Source of the DNA: Eledone cirrhosa
Taxonomy: Eukaryota
Assembly: GCA_964016885.1 (NCBI GenBank)
Contig: OZ024743.1
Location: 322,586,001 to 322,650,000, forward strand
DNA: 64,000 bases
Direction of reading: 5' to 3'
In this document: piece after piece, positions 24,740 through 39,600 of the stretch
Layout: each line of letters begins with the position of its first letter
How positions within the stretch are numbered: the stretch's first letter is position 1
Position numbers and translations under genes: made by a program
The notes under the pieces: model-generated
What the model was told of the DNA's origin: nothing
Database searches by the model: none
What the model saw: only the letters and a program-made list of their open reading frames with translations

Positions 24740-25019
24740 ATACATATATATACATATACATATATATATATATATACATATATATATACATATACATATA
24801 TATACATATATATACATATACATATATACGTACATATATACATATATATATATACATATATATATATACATATACATATATATATACATATATATATATA
24901 TACATATACATATATATATATACATATACACATATATATATATACATATACATATATATATACATATATATATATACATATATATATATACATAGACACA
25001 TATATATATATACATATAC

Positions 25020-25051
<32 letters not shown>

Positions 25052-25278
25052 ATACATATACATATATATATATATATACATATATAATATATACATATAT
25101 ATATATATATACATATATATACATATATATGTATATACATATATATATATACATATATATATATACATATATGTATATATATATATATATGTATATATAT
25201 GTGTATATATATATATACATATATATATACATATATATATATATACATATATATACATATATATATATATATATACAT

Positions 25279-28058
25279 AGACGACTGGAAACTGGAATTA
25301 CCGAGCTTAAGGAATCTACAGGAATACTCGTCCATGCCGACAAAACCAACAACTTTTACAGCATGGACGTTCAACTTTACCATGAGCTAATCCTCAGGGA
25401 ATTGAGAAAAAGCTACAAAAAAAACGCCCGAGGCTACCCTGGAGGATATCAACATCAAGGCTTATGAGATCGTATCTGGTCTTGGTATAGATGATAGGAC
25501 GGCCCCATACCAACCAAGGGAGCCGAGGATTACTATTAAGGGCCACAAACCAAACTTCGAGTCTAACCTGTCGGTCAGACCGATATCCCCCTCCCGGTCA
25601 GATATGGGGGTTATTAGCAAAAGCATTTTAGATAGGATCCTGCCCACACTTAAGAGTAAAATAAGGTTACAACTCTGGTCCTGCACCAGCCAGGTGCTGG
25701 ACTGGTTTACATTTTTACCTGACAAACATAGGACTAGCTTCATACAACTAGACATCAACAATTACTACTCCTCTATCTCGCCCATAGTCCTGAATAAGGC
25801 ACTCATATTCGCGATGAATAGGACAGACCTAACACGCGACGAGGTCCGAATCATACACGCCGCCAGAAAGACCCTGATCCGATTCGGGAGGTACATATGG
25901 ACGCGGAGCGACTGGCCAAATAATTTTGACATTACAATGGGCTCCAGTGACTCCGCGCAGCTAACGGACTTGGTTGGGATATACATACTCTACGAAATCA
26001 GGAGAGAAATACGCAACCTGGGTGGCGGGCTGTAGCGAGACGACGCACTCTTCACCGTAGTGGACCACAGCACCACAATGGTCGAAAATATGAAGAGCAG
26101 AATTAGGCACTTCTTTAGCAAGGTAGGACTTAAGGTAGAGATGGAACCCAATAGGAAAGTAGTGAATTTCCTGGACACCACCCTCAACCTCAACACCAAG
26201 CTACACCACCCATATCATAAACCCAATGAGAAGCTGGTGTATATCAACGCTGGGTCTAATCACCCTAAATCTATAGTTAAGGCCGTAGTTAAGAGTGTCT
26301 CTGACAGGATCTCTAACTTGTCGGCCAATAAAGAGATCTTCAATAGTAACGCTGATTACTATAACTCAGCGCTAGCTAAGGCGTCCCACAGCCATAGGAT
26401 CAGCTATAACCCTAAGGGACATGATCGAGATGACCCAAGGGTACCCCGGACCAATACCATCAGGGGCATGAGTCGCCCACCTAATACCTCGGTGACCAGT
26501 AGTAACACTCCCAGACTCCTATCCGTCACCACCCCACCGGTCTAATACTTACAACGCTGAAGACCACTGTGCTGCGGAGCATAGGCACCCCTGCACCTGC
26601 CCCACCATCTGCCGAACCCTAATTGAGCAGGGAGGCCGCACCTCGCAGGTTTATAGCCCCACGGTGGGCCCATATAACCCTCATGATAGTGACCGCTCCG
26701 CGCACCTGAGTGACACCAACCGAGTTCTACCTGAGCTGTGCACAACCACGCGGTTGCTCACGGTAGACACCCAACAACCCCGCAAGAATAGGACCAGGAA
26801 GGTCACATGGTATAACCCTCCGTACTCGGTGGGTCTACGTACCAGCCTGGCTAGAACATTCTTTAGAGTACTGGATAAATGTTTCCCTAGGGCCCAAAGT
26901 ACCATAAAATATTCAACAGGCACACGGTGAAACTTTCCTACTCAACCACACGCTCCGTAGCCCAGCACATAGCTGGCATAAATAGGAATAGGCTCACTGC
27001 CTCTAATACCACCGTAAACTCCGGAGCCACCCAACAGAACCAGCATGCGGGACGCAACGGAACTCGGACAGGCCCGACTAGCACACCGGACTCAACGAAC
27101 CTGTGCTGATTGCAGAGGCTACCCATCCAACCCCGAGTGATAGTAACCACGCGGTACATGTGGTGGGGCTTAAGAAGTCATATAATTGCAGAGACCCATC
27201 ACTATGCCGCCTTAGTAATGAATGCATGACGAAAAACGTAGTCTACAGGTGCAAGGTCACAACCCCTAACTCGGAGCACCACTACAAAGGATCCACAGCG
27301 ACGAGCTTCAAAGATCGGTGGTATAACCATCGCCATTCCTTTAACAGAATAGATAAGAGGGAATGTACGGCCCTTTCTGAATTGGTCTGGAAGCTCAAAC
27401 TTGAAAAGACCCCGCACTCTCTGGTCTGGTCCGTGGTTAGAAAGGTTCCCCCCAGACAGAGGCGGGTCTGGTATTTGCAACCTCTGTCTTAGTGAGACAC
27501 TCGAGATTCTTCATGGCGGAACCAAGCTATTAAACAGAAGGGCCGACTTATTCGGTGCCTGCAGACACCTAAGGACGGGAACTTTCCTCAAGCTATATGG
27601 ATAAACCCCGGTTACGGCCTCCCCCCTGTAGGTCCCCTACACCCCGTACCAATGACCAATGGACAACAACAACCACCCATAGTTTGTGGTCCCTATGGTG
27701 GATGGTCCACCGGATCCTCTACTGGTTAGGAGTCATCTAAACCACGTTTTATTTAACCTGAATTTATATATATATGTATATATCATGTGTATATATATAT
27801 ATGTTTTATATGTGTATATATGTGTATTTTATATATATGTATATATATGTATATATTTTATATATATATGTATATGTATGTGTATTTTATGTATATATAT
27901 GTATGTATGTTTTATGTGTGTATATATTTTATGTATGTATTTTATGTATATATATATATTTTAAATGTATATATTTTATATATGTGTATGTTCTGTGTAT
28001 ATATATATATATTTTATATGTATATATATACTTGTGCGTACATACATACATACATACA

Positions 28059-28089
<31 letters not shown>

Positions 28090-28806
28090 GCACACCTGTA
28101 TGGATTTGTGTGTGTAGATGTGTGAGTGTCTGAGGTGGTAGGTGTGAGTGTATGTACAAGTCAACCAGCATAAACCTTTTATTTCTAAATTTTCTAAACT
28201 ATCTAAGTATTGGACTCTAACCATTATTTTAAGTATTACCACCCCACATTTTGTATGTGTGGATGTGTATGTGTGTGTGTCTGTGGAGGTGGGTGTGAGT
28301 GTGCGTGCAAGCCAACCTAGATAAGTCTTTTTATTTGTAAATGTTCTACTCTAACCATAAATTTCAGTAGCACCACTCCACATAAATTCCTCAATTTAAT
28401 AATGACCTGTAGTATCTATTTCATACTATTAACCTTAATTGAATATATATCTGACCAGGAATGCTTTTTGTGAAAATCAGTCATATGGAACTATTGTCAT
28501 CTTGCCTGGCGGTTTGAACTTTACAACACCACCTGCCTCTTTGAGGTCAAATACCAACCCTACCACCATCTACAGACTGACCAATGAGAATCAAGACTAT
28601 TCCTGCTGACAACATTAAATTATTCCTAACAAGCTCATATGTCCCAAGGCTCTGATACCATCAACACTATAAACACAGAGCTGGCATATCTAAGAACTGA
28701 TTAACTGCCTGATGAGGTCATAGCCATTCAATGGCTATCATCGAAATATATATAGCAGTAAATAAAGGATTATGAGTTCATGCAATTGACTTATGTTTCG
28801 TCACTA
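25279..28806 (+). mobile_element. Degenerate near-full PLE, Hydra-like clade
   Basis: ADKTNN, QLDINNYY, ITMGS, GGL*RDD, NFLD, SNHP, WYNPPYS, VVYRC..YKGST and CNLCLSE..LLNRR..CRH, with stops and frameshifts; (TA)n on both flanks. Confidence 0.85.
28704..28759 (+). ncRNA. Type I hammerhead in the PLE 3' UTR
   Basis: ACTGC-CTGATGA-GGTCATAGCCAT-TCA-ATGGCTATCATC-GAAA-TATATA-TA-GCAGT. Confidence 0.8.
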
Positions 28807-28872
28807 TATATATATACATATATATATGTTTATACGTGTATATATATATATATATATATCTATATCTATATA

Positions 28873-29184
28873 TATATCAACTAGAAATTGATTGACATAT
28901 ATATATATTTAAGATAAACACATGAAACAATCACAGGGGATAATTTGTAAAGTGTGTAATCACACACATCTAGGTAGGTAACTAATAAAAGTTTAACTAG
29001 AGCTTCAAATATTACCTTTTTAAAAACAATTTTTAAAAAGGTAATATTTGAAGCTCTAGTTAAACTTTTATTAGTTACCTACCTAGATGTGTGTGATTAC
29101 ACACTTTACAAATTATCCCCTGTGATTGTTTCATGTGTTTATTTTAAATATATATATATATGTCAATACATTTCTAGTTGATAT
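28873..29184. repeat. Palindrome with ~150-bp arms and a 4-nt spacer; further small hairpin at 29211-29245
   Basis: Arms are reverse-complementary around ACAA at ~29025-29029, with a few mismatches. Confidence 0.9.
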
Positions 29185-29319
29185 AAAATGCTCGGATCTA
29201 TTCATTGGAATCTTTGAGCTTATTCTAGTAGAATAAGCTCAAAGAGTAGAATTTCAACGGTGGATATGGCGCATGTCCCGGACATGACTCCCTTAATTTA
29301 ATTTAATTTAATTAATTTT

Positions 29320-29505
<186 letters not shown>

Positions 29506-29842
29506 TTTGATACCAATGGCCTGTTCCCAAGGTTGTCACATTGAAATATATATTGTGAATTAATGTTATAACGTGGACATGTTTTGAGGAATAAATCTTG
29601 TGTTACATGGAGCCTGCTTAGTCTCGTTGTCCTAGACCTTGTAGTTTCTGGGATATTTACATCTCAAATAATATTAGATTTTTTGAAACACGCTGAATAT
29701 AAGGAATGGGTGAACCATAACGAACCACAGTACTCGATACGTAGGGTAGTAGGGTGTATAATAGGGAAAGAGACAGGACCCCAACGGCTGAGCTCCGGCC
29801 ATTTCGACTGAGCTCAACCGTCGTGGTCCTGCCTGATTCTTT

Positions 29843-29922
<80 letters not shown>

Positions 29923-30061
29923 AGTGTAAGTTTCTACACAAAACGAAGGTTATAGAGAAAATTGAGGTTGGTAATGGCACATGGAATATATAAGAGACAG
30001 AATACTTTTTTTGTGAAAAAACATATAATTTTATAAGGTAAGGAAAGAATAAAGGGTATAA

Positions 30062-30109
30062 AAAATGACCGGTTTCGATGGGTCTGCAAAAGCCATCTTT
30101 TCAAATGTT
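30062..30109 (-). ncRNA. Hammerhead with U3-A8 core variant (second family)
   Basis: TTGAAAA-GATGG..CCATC-GAAA-CCGG-TC; stem I imperfect. Confidence 0.55.
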
Positions 30110-30471
30110 GATTAATATTAAGAAAAATTAATAATAAGAAGAGTTAAAATTTGAGATTTGAAAATTCAAGTATAAAATTCAGTGTGGGATTCCATAGTAG
30201 TTTTCATCTTGGTAGCAGCAAGTTGACTGCTGTGTGTCCCTTTCTGGTAGTGAATGAGGAATTATTTGTGGGGAGTGGTTTTTTTTAAAGTCAGATTTAG
30301 CAATGGCCAGATGGCCAGCTGCTGGTAAGTGAGGGGGTGGAAGCAATATACATACATATATCTCCATGTGGTCGGTAGGAGAGGGGAGAGTGACAGAAAG
30401 GGATTTAGTGCACTTACACCTATATATACACATACCCTCATCCACACACACATACATATACATATACATAC

Positions 30472-30506
<35 letters not shown>

Positions 30507-30540
30507 CACACACATACATACACACACATACATATACATA

Positions 30541-30584
<44 letters not shown>

Positions 30585-30635
30585 TACACACATATATATA
30601 TACACACATATATATACATACACATACATCCAGAT

Positions 30636-31480
<845 letters not shown>

Positions 31481-31740
31481 GCATATACACACGCATATAC
31501 ATACACATACATATGTACATGTGTATATACATATTTACACATTTTTGGATGGCCGTTGACTCTTATGAGTTCTTCCGCCCTTTGTCAGGTTTTGTTTTTT
31601 GTCCTGCAGGGTGTCCAAAATCACCCTCCTCACCAAGTAAACTTGGTGGGGTTGCCAATTTAGTCGCCGACGACCCGACCATGCGACAGGTTGTACTGGT
31701 TTACATGTTACCAGTAGCACTCAAGACATACATCTATCTA

Positions 31741-31940
31741 GGGACCAATCCAGTTGACCACCGAGTCCATTGTCACGATCAGACCGCCACCCTCCTTCAA
31801 AAACGAAGGAGAGACGGTTTTCCTATGTGTTATGGCTATGGTGAAAGAGATTATATGGTGGACGAGGTTAAAAGGACTGAGGTCAGACACCTTTCTCTCC
31901 GGCGAACAACGGATTCGTTTTTTCAAATATCATTTTGTGG
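31741..31940 (+). mobile_element. Tx1/L1 3' fragment, same family as 58921-60119
   Basis: Inverted homology to ~59270-59467 (MAMVKEIIWWTRLKG). Confidence 0.7.
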
Positions 31941-32023
31941 GGCTCTTGAAATCCAAGATGCAGCCGAAAATATCAATTATGTCACGTTTCTGTGGAAGAT
32001 ATCACACATGTGATAAATCGAAA

Positions 32024-32298
32024 GCCTAAAGTCTTCCTCAAGCCCAGAGGCTCAGCAGGCTGGTGTTTATCTGTTTCCTTAGCGTTAAGCGACTGAGAGC
32101 ACAAGACTCCCCCTGGACAGGACGCCAGTCCATCGCAGGGTTACACCCCCAGCTATTCCAAGTACTCATTTTTAGTTGAATATATTGGAGTAACGTAAAA
32201 TGAAGTGTTTTGCTCAAGAATACAACACACAACCCGGTCCAGGAATCGAACCCACTACGTTATCCAACACTCTTACCATTAGGTTACGCACTTTCCCT
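32024..32298 (-). mobile_element. tRNA-derived SINE with V-like domain
   Basis: B-box GGGTTCGATTCC, GTGTTGTATTCTTGAGCAAAACACTT, and AACCCTGCGATGGACTGGCGTCCTGTCCAGGGGG. Confidence 0.7.
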
Positions 32299-32299
32299 A

Positions 32300-33030
32300 C
32301 ATGTGATAAGCAACTGCTAAAACAGACATCAAAGTATTACTTCTCAATTCGACATGATGTTGCTGAAACAATGTACAATGCTATTGTTAGGAAAGATTGA
32401 CCTAAGATACATATAGAGAATTCCCTTTTAATGAATATATACATACATAAATACCAACACTAGGAATATTGGTGGGACATTCACTTAGATATTTTTACCG
32501 ACTGCAAACATAACGGACCTGATGAGGTTGTTTGGAACAGAGAAAAAAGAATTATGTGTTGTCATAGAAGTAAACTGCCCCACCGATGTGAACATTTCTT
32601 CCCAAAACAGTCTTCTTTTCCTTCTTCGCCCACTTATTCCTGAGAGGGTAGTAGAGGCAGTGTCCTTAAACATCCCTTCCAGTGAGTCCTGTCAGAAGCA
32701 ACCATCTGCAATTGATCCGGCTGAATCCTCAAGTGAGACCAGCTGGGGTCTACTTCTGAGCCTCCCGCCGGTTGATTTTGCCTGTAAGATCTGTCCAGCG
32801 ATTCTTTCCTGTGACATTCTAACCACATGCTCCAAAATCAATGAGAAAGAATAATTTTGGACAAGTGTTTCGAAACCTTCAGCTTCCGAACCAAGGTTAT
32901 AAATCCGCTTTTATACCGATAATTATTAGTGTGTTTGGCTATGTTAATAAATGCCTGAGTGACAAACTGGAAAGGTTGTGGAATTCAAACATAGAAAGTA
33001 CCCAGCTAACGTGCAATTTAAGAATATAAT
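32300..33030 (+). mobile_element. R4-like RLE non-LTR remnant, interrupted by an RTE 3' end fragment (32610-32845, -)
   Basis: IRHD, YWWD, PD..VIEVNCP and FIPIIISVFG. The insert reads HVVRMSQERIA..RSRP..ASDRTHWK. Confidence 0.55.
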
Positions 33031-33420
33031 CTGTAAGCAGGTCGGTGAAAAAAAATATGCAATAATTTCAACATTAGTTTTCGGAAATATCCTCGACAGC
33101 CTATCCCCAACTTTATGCATTAATTTTACTATTTGATGCCTGAAGAGCAAAAGTAGAGGAGTGTACGCTAGTTTCCTCTTCAGTCCCTCTCATTTAAATG
33201 ATGTCGCCGAAGTGGTTGATATTTCAGTTTGACTTCTGAAGGTCAATATCACAATATCAATTATTGTGTGTGATGATAGTTGGGGAGATGGGGAGGGGTA
33301 TTATAGAGGTTTGGATAGATTTGACCGAAGTGTTTGTTGGGTGAGGCATTTTGGAGACAGGAGTGGATCAATTAGGTGACCTTCAAATTCCGCAGATTAA
33401 CAGAAGTTTAATCAAAGCAC

Positions 33421-33990
33421 TTTTTTTAGTATATAATAATACATTACATAATGAGTCTTTCCTTTATAAGACGGCTGGCTGTAATCTGAGGGTTATTTGG
33501 CAATGATAATTAGCAGGCCGAGAGGACCTGTAGAGGTGTGGTACAATAGTAGTGACTGTTTAGTCCTAGATAGACTATGTCTAAAAGGTGTTTATGCGTG
33601 AGTGTGTGTCCGTGAAACATACACATATACACCAGGTCCGAACACAAAAGAACCAAACTCCGAGTGACACTTCCTCCGTCTCTCCCATCTTTCACTATTA
33701 TGGGGAAAATGGGGGCCCACACGCTGGCCGCACCGTGGCCCCGGCGTTTCCCGGAGGATGGTGAGAAGACATTTCCCGGAGGATGGTGAGGGAGACGCGC
33801 TGGAAGAGCCATTCCAGCTGGCGAGACTCACACCTGCGGGTAGCCAACTGAGTGCCGATGATGGTGAGCAGGGAGGTGGCCCTAGGGCCAAGGACGTCAG
33901 AAGTCTCCATAGGTATTGCAGATATTGGTGAATTGATGAATAGGTACTCGTGCTCTGTCGTTAAACCCTGACCGTTCATTATCCAACGAA
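33421..33990 (-). mobile_element. CRE-like RLE retrotransposon 3' end with A-tail
   Basis: IPMETSDVLGPRATSLLTIIG..WLFQRVSLTILR..GNA, a short internal duplication, and a terminal A7. Confidence 0.6.
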
Positions 33991-34566
33991 CTTATATATA
34001 CATATGTGTGTGTGTGTGTGTGTGTGTTAAGTATTATGGGGAAAAGGTAAAGGAGATAAGAGTGCTCTATGTATGGTACAGAGCTATTTAATTATGCAAT
34101 AAACAACACAATATAATCATTCCAACGATACAGACGCTTCTGTTAGAATCGTCTGACTTCGTGAAACCTTGGGAAATGGAATAATTATATTGTGTTGTTT
34201 ATTATATAAATAAATAAATTATATATGTGTGTGTGTAGTGATTGTTTGTTTGATATAAAAGGTGATATATATATATAAAGTCTATTGAGCTTACTTATTG
34301 AGAAACACAAAATTCTAAACATATTTGATGTTTTGATTCATTTGTATTTAACGGCTCCAAACCTCTTAGCTTGTTGAGCTCGGTGTCTATAATTACTGTT
34401 CCTATTTCTAGCGGAGTTATCGTCCACCTTGTGGATATCTATTTGCCATGGGTTTAATGTCATTTCACTATGTGCTTCTCAGCACGACGGTCGAGTTGGA
34501 CTTAGCTGTAGGTATATTGATTTATTTACCATCTTCATTCTATATTTCCCTTAGGATGGTTAGACT

Positions 34567-34721
34567 AAACCACTGATGAGTACCTGAGTTTCATGTGGTC
34601 TAATCATAATCGGTAGTTTGTCTTCGATGATCGATTACATTAATTGATTTTTTTCGATGATCGATTACATAGATTGATTTTTAGCCACAATTTCCAGGTA
34701 TGAAATAGCGTTGTAAGGTTT
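34567..34721 (+). ncRNA. Type I hammerhead with long stem II insert
   Basis: AAACC-A-CTGATGA-GTACCTG...CAGGTAT-GAAA-TAGCGTTG-TA-A-GGTTT. Confidence 0.65.
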
Positions 34722-34774
34722 TTTTACGATTCCACCTGTGTACATATTCTTCTATAGAATATGTATTTGGTATA

Positions 34775-35637
34775 TCTATATATCTAAAATAGAGAATGTC
34801 TGTCTGTCTGTCTCCCTAAAACTCGAGAACCACCCAAGCCATTTTTTTCAAACTTTACACATGTAATACTTATGGTCGTGTGAGTGTTTTGAGCAAAAGA
34901 TATTTTTAATTTTCAATGCCCTAGGGACCGCATTAGGCGAAAAACCACATATTTTAAGCTTTAAAGGCTTTTTTGGGGCATAACGGAACAATAATCGAGG
35001 CGATTTCTTCAAAATTTGCATTACTTATGTCGTTTAAAGTGTTTTGAGCAAAAATAATTTTCTCATTTTTTGCCCCAGGGACCGCATTAGGCGAAAAACC
35101 GATTTTTAAAAAGCATTTTGGTTGCGTTAGGGCCTGTAACTCGAGAAGTACCCAACCGATTCTTTTAAAACTTTGGATATGCATTACTTATGTTTCACAA
35201 ATTTCCTTGACTGAATAAGATTTCAAATTTTTGCCCGAGGCCCGCATTGTTTAACATTTTGGTTGCGTTAGGGCCTGTAACCTTAAAAGTATCCAACTAA
35301 ATTCCTTCATGCTCTCCACCACTGCAGTCCCACATGCTTACTGCTCTGCAACTATTGCTTACATTGTACCATAGCACAACAAATACATGTTCGGTTTGTC
35401 GAATGCCTTTTTACTGAACCCTATCGTCTTGGCTTTCGTGGGTTGAACATTTTACTCTCAGGCACCCAATTAAGTTAAAGCCCTGGTAATCTACGACGAA
35501 TTCTTTTTATAAGCACAAAATCTAGACACCATCCTCAGGCCGAGGTATTCCGTACTTCTCTGTACTGTTTCAGAAAGGAGGGATAATCATGCCAATCTAT
35601 GTTTGGAATCCCGAGCAACGCCGGGCCATTCTGCTAG
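34775..35637 (+). mobile_element. Non-autonomous Helitron
   Basis: A|TCTATATAT start, (GTCT)n, 3' CCCGAGCAACGCCGGG hairpin, CTAG|T end. Confidence 0.8.
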
Positions 35638-35710
35638 TATACAATATACCGTGTTTCTTTTACGATATATGGCTCTTTCTCTCCCTATATAAACATATAT
35701 CTTTTCATTT

Positions 35711-35782
<72 letters not shown>

Positions 35783-35785
<3 letters not shown>

Positions 35786-36188
35786 TATGTATACGTACAT
35801 ACATATATGTATACAGACGTACAGTAGTATGTATGTATATATATATACATACATGCACATATATATATGTACGTATGGATTCACCAAACATTTATTATAA
35901 TGCTCGGTGGGTTTGTAAACAAACATCCCGTATTAAGCCGTAGTGTCTAGCAACCACCGTTGCTCGTTTGTTCAACACTGACAAAGGAACGCTGTACTAG
36001 TTTCAAGCTTGTTAGCTATCGTCAGTAACGTATACCTTCCTGCCAGATAGTTGAACGTCCGAAAGTATATACTTTCCTTATGCATATTAACGGTTGAGTA
36101 GCCCAATTTGCATATCGAGTGAGTTAATCGGCCGGGTGCACCGAAAACGATAAACGGAAAAAATGAAAAAATGAAAAAATGAAACGAA

Positions 36189-36190
<2 letters not shown>
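35783..36190 (+). mobile_element. Short interspersed repeat family B (also ~40712-41100, 41210-41490, 53092-53710, 61735-62130)
   Basis: Recurrent CTCACTCTTAGTACGG..CCGAACATTTATTATAATGCTCGG..CAACACTGACAAAGGAACG, often in inverted pairs inside (TA)n. Confidence 0.75.
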
Positions 36191-36232
<42 letters not shown>

Positions 36233-36235
<3 letters not shown>

Positions 36236-36650
36236 GAAAAATTGAACAGGGACAGAACAGAGAGGCAGTACAATAAATGTTTATTAAATTCACGCTCAGG
36301 AGAGTGGGGGGTAGGTGGGGGACGACGTTTCGGGCATAAGCCCTTCTTCAGGTGAGAAGTGTGTGGGAACAGAGTTCAAAAGGTGTGTAGGGGAGTGGTG
36401 GAGAGACATATAGCGAAAGGAAACGGTGCGAATGAAAAATTAACAAATAAAGACAAAAAATATAATAAATAAAAATAAAGCATGATCAAAATACAAGGAA
36501 TGAGAAAATTTAAAAATAAAGGCATGTTCAAAATAAACTGAAATTAAAGGGGGGTAAACAGGTGGTGGAAGGGTGTGGGGTGAGTAGGGGTGGTGGCGGG
36601 TGGAGTGGGGAGAGGGAGACGGGGTGTCCGAGCGGGGAGGGCTGAAGGTG

Positions 36651-36681
<31 letters not shown>

Positions 36682-39600
36682 AAAGTGAGGGTTGGGGGAA
36701 GAACGGGGTTGCATGTTCAGGAAGGTGTGTGTGGGGGGTGTTTTTGTGGGTCGGAGTGTCGGTGCGTGTGTGGATAGGGGGTGGGGGGAGAGGAATCAGG
36801 AGGCTGAGGGTGTAAATATGTGGTGGGAATCACGTGTGTGTGGTTTAAGCGTGTTATGGGTGTGGGTGGCGTGTGGAGAAAAAATTTTTTGGGGGGTGTG
36901 TGTGTGGGTGAGTTATATAGGTGATGGCGTAAGAGGATGGTTGAAAAGTTGGTAAGTTCCACGGATGTTTGGAGATTTGGTTAGAAGTCAATTTCGCGTG
37001 TGGGTAATCCAAGAAGCGGTGGTCGGAAGAGGAGAGATGTGGGATGCGCGCGCAACAGGAAGTGGTCAGCAGTGGGAGTGCTGTGGTCAGTTGGTGCTGA
37101 GAGGTGGTCGGAAGGGCATAGCAGCAGTCGGTGGAATGGTAGGGAAGCGAGGATGGGTAGGTGTGAGAGTTGGAGTGTGGAGTGTGTGTGTGTGTGTGTG
37201 TGTATTAGTAGGGGTGTTAGTGGGATGAGTGAGTGTGGAGCGGGGAGAGAAGGGTGTGTGTGGTTCTATAGAGGGAGTGTGGTGTACTGGTGTGTGTGTA
37301 GTTTGGTGAAGAGGTGTTAGTGGGTGTTAGTATACGGGAGGTGGGGAGGGGTGGAATGCAGGTGTGAGTGGGGGTTAGTGGGGGTAGGGTGTGTAGAGTT
37401 GGTGGTGTACGAGGGTGTGTGGGTACGTGTGCGTGGGGTTGGGGGTATTAGTGATGTTAGTTGCGTGTGGGGTGGGTGGTGTAAGTGGGTGCGTGTGTGC
37501 GTGTGATAAGGAGGGGGAGGAGGAGAAGAGGGGAGGGAAGGGATGTTAGTATGTTAGTTGGGGAAGGGTGGTCAGATGAGGGGTGGAGTGGAGGTGTTAG
37601 TATTGTTAGTGTGGGGTGGGCGGTGAAAAGGAGGGGTGTGTTAGTGGTGTTAGTGGGGGATAAGTGTGTGTGTGGGGGGGGCGGTCTAACGCTAAAGGAA
37701 TAAGGGTGGGGAGTTCAGGCCGGGGGGGAGTGTGGGTCTGTAAGATGAAGATAGTGCGTTGTTCGACCGTAAGGCGATGGGCGGGTGTTCCGTGGCACTG
37801 GAGTAGGCCACAGACTGTGAGATGGCGTGCGGAGTGTCCAGGGCCACCAAAGTGGCGGGCGATGGGGGAACTGCCCCCGAGACGAATATCCCGGAGGTGC
37901 TCCGTGACTCGGTCCGCCAGGCGACGTTCCGTCTGTCCGACATAAGTCGCGCTGCACGGAGTGCAGCGAAGTCCGTAGACTAGGTTGGAGGAGGTGCAGC
38001 GGAAGGCATGCCGGACCGAGAGAGAGTGGCCGTTGGGATCCTGGAAGGTGGTGGTGTTGTTGATGTGGGGACAGGTGTTGCAGCGGGGCCTAGAACAGGG
38101 GAAGGAACCGGGGGGGGGGGGGGACCAGAGCGTGGGTTGGGGGGTAGGGAGTTGTGGACGAGGAGGGTGCGGAGATTGCGTGCGCGTTTGAAGGAGGGGA
38201 GTGGTGGGGTTGGGAAGATGTGGGAGGTGGAGGGGTCGGACTGGAGGCGTCGGAAGAGGCGGCGGATGGTGCGGTGGAGGGGTAAGGTGGAGGGGTGGTA
38301 GGTGATGGGGAAGGGGAGACGGTGGGTGGGTGTGCGGTGGCGTGGGGTGAGGGTGGTGGGGCGGGGGATAGCACGGGCGCGGGTGAGAGCGGTGTAGACG
38401 GATGAAATGGCTGACTAGGGAAAGGGCCTGGGACTCGAAGTCAGCATCACGGCTACAGAGGCGGCGGATCCTGAGAAGTTGGGAGTAGGGAATGGAGAGT
38501 TTAGTGTGGGTGAGGTGGGAAGAGGTGAAGTCCAGGTAAGAGTGGGAGTCGGTGGGTTTGAAGAGGGCGGAGATGACGAGGGAGTGGTGGGAGGGGTCGA
38601 AGGCGACGGAGATGTCTAAGAAGTGGACGTGGGTGGTGGAGATAGAGGTGGTGAAGTGGAGGGAGGGGTGGAAGGAGCAGAAGAAGGAGAGAAAGGAGTC
38701 GAGCTGTTCTCGGGTGAGGGTCGTGGCTCCGATACAGTCGTCAATGTAACGACCGTACAGTTCGGGCGTGGGGCCGGTGTACTGGGCAAAGATTTGGGCC
38801 TCAACATGGCCAACAAAAAGGTTGGCATAGTTCGGGCCCATTATTGTGCCCATGGCTACCCCCGTGACCTGTTGGTAAAACTCACCCGAGAAGGAGAAAC
38901 AATTTAGGGTGAGGACCAGCTCGGCGAGGCGAAGGAGGGTGGGGGTGGAGGGAATGGGGGAGGGGCGAAGGTCGAGGTAGTGTTTGAGGGCGCGAAGGCC
39001 GTCGGCGTGGGGGGTGACTGTATAGAGGGACTTGATGTCTAGGGTGAAGAGGAATGGCTGAGGGCCGGGTAGGTAGGTGAAGGAGTCGAAAAGGCGCAAG
39101 GCGTGGTTGGTGTCGGAGATGTGGGAGGGGAGGGTGGTGACAAGGGGGGCGAGGAGGGAGTCGAGAAAGGCGGAGATGAGTTCGGTGGGGCAGTTGCAAG
39201 CGGAGACGATGGGGCGGCCGGGGTTGTCGGGTTTGTGGAGTTTGGGGAGGAAGTAGATGGTGGGGGTGCGGGGGTGCGGACGATGAGGTGGGAAGCGGTG
39301 GGGGGAGGAGGGAGGAGGCGATAAGGTCTTTGATGGTGGAGGAGACTTGTTGTTGGTAGAGGGGGGTGGGATCGGAGGGTAGAGGGCGGTAAAAAAGGGG
39401 GTTACAGAGCTGCCTGAGGGCTTCGGCCGTGTAGAGGTCCGCGCGCCATACCACCACGGCGCCTCCCTTGTCCGCCGGTTTGATGACGATGTCATCTCGG
39501 CTACGGAGGGAGCGGAGAGCGAGGAGTTCGCCCCGTGAGATATTGTGCCGTTTGGAACGGTGGCGGAAGTCGAAACGATTTACTGCGCTACGGCTGGCAT